From positions 416,454,001-416,518,000 of the forward strand of contig OZ024740.1 of the NCBI GenBank assembly GCA_964016885.1: a DNA stretch of 64,000 nt, read 5' to 3'. This stretch comes from Eledone cirrhosa. Its lineage: Eukaryota. This document shows, one piece after another, positions 62,801-64,000 of the stretch; position 1 is the stretch's first letter; each line of letters begins with the position of its first letter. The notes under the pieces are model-generated. The model ran no database searches. It saw nothing but the letters and a program-made list of their open reading frames with translations, and was not told the origin of the DNA. Both the position numbers and the translations under genes were made by a program.

Positions 62801-64000
62801 AGAGGTAGAGTTGGCGAAGGAGAGGTATTGTTGGAGAGGTAGAATTGGTGAAGGAGAGGTATTGTTGGAGACATAGTGTTGGTGAAGGAGAGGTATTGTT
62901 GGAGAGGTAGTGTTGGTGAAGGAGATGTATTGTTGGAGAGGTAGAGTTGGCGAAGAAGAGGTATTGTTGGAGAGGTAGTGTTGGTGAAGGAGAGGTATTG
63001 TTGGAGAGGTAGAGTGGGTGAAGGAGAAGTATTATTGGAGCGGTAGTGTTGGTAAATGAGAGGTATTGTTGGAGAGGTAGTGTTGGTGAAAGAGAGGTAT
63101 TGTTGAACAGGAAGTGTTGTTGAAGGAGAAGTATTATTGGAGAGGTAGTGTTGGTGAAGGAGAGGTATTGTTGGAGAGGTAGTGTTGGTGAAGGAGAGAT
63201 TGTGTTGGCGAAGGAGAGGTATTGTTGGAGAGGTAGTGTTGGTGAAGGAGAAGTTGTGTTGGAGAGGTAGTGTTGGTGAAGGAGAGGTAGTGTTGGTGTA
63301 GGAGAGGTATTGTTGGAGAAGGAGAGGTATTATTGGAGAAGTAGTGTTGGTGAAGGAGACGTAGTGTTGGTGAAAGAGTGGTAGTGTTGTAGAGGTTGTG
63401 TTGGTGAAGGAGAGGTTTTGTTGGAGAGGTAGTGTTGGTGAAGGATAGTTCTTGTTAGAGAGGTAGTGTTGGTGAAAGAGAGGTGTTGTTGGAGAGGTAG
63501 TGTTGGTGAAGGAGAGGTATTGTTGGAGAGGTAGTGTTGGTGAAGGAGAGGTATTGTTGTAGAGGTAGTGTTGGTGAAGGAGAGGTATTGTTGGAGAAGT
63601 AGTGTTCGTGAAGGAGAGGTATTATTGGAGAGGTAGTGTTGGTGAAGGAGAGGTTGTGTTGGTAAAGGAGAGGTATTGTTGGAGAGGTAGTGTTGGTGAA
63701 AGAGAGGTATCATTGGAGAGGTAGTGTTGGAGATGTAGTGTTGGTGAATGTGTGGTATTGTTGGAGAGGTAGTGTTGGTGAAGGAGAGCTATTGTTGGAG
63801 ATGTAGTGTTGGTGAAGGAGAGGTATTATTGGAGAGGTAGTGTTGATGAAGGAGAGGTTGTGTTGCCGAAGGAGAGGTATTGTTGGAGAGGTAGAGTTGG
63901 TTAAAGAGATTTAGTTTTGGTGAAGGAGAGTTAGTGTTGGTGTAGGAGACGTATTGTTGGAGAGGTGGTGTTGGTGAAGGAGAGGTAGTGTTGATGAAGG
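56801..64000. repeat. G-rich 34-bp satellite built from 14- and 20-bp subunits (runs off the right edge)
   Basis: ggtattgttggaga + ggtagtgttggtgaaggaga in variable order; very few C on the + strand. Confidence 0.97.

Overview
Eukaryotic, AT-rich, repeat-dense animal DNA. The tRNA-derived SINEs, RTE/CR1/Penelope-like retroelements and long (TA)n tracts suggest a mollusc, probably an octopus-like cephalopod (inference). The ORF track is almost all repeat noise. Reading splice sites by hand recovers one host gene on the minus strand: nine GT-AG exons (56204 to 8174, 912 nt, all phases compatible, no stops) encoding about 304 aa of an LBP/BPI (lipopolysaccharide-binding / bactericidal permeability-increasing) family protein. 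Its first and last exons appear to lie outside the window. The introns hold distinct tandem arrays (36, 11, 48, 41, 15, 81 and 34 bp units plus GTG, TA and GT tracts), decayed RTE, CR1, Tx1-like and CRE-like LINE pieces, a Gypsy element running into a Penelope-type GIY-YIG fragment, a Penelope-like element with inverted ends, several hammerhead-ribozyme cores, long foldback palindromes, SINEs, and piggyBac-, pogo- and Helitron-type non-autonomous elements. No prokaryotic features or CRISPR array are present. All assignments come from visual motif reading; no database search was run.
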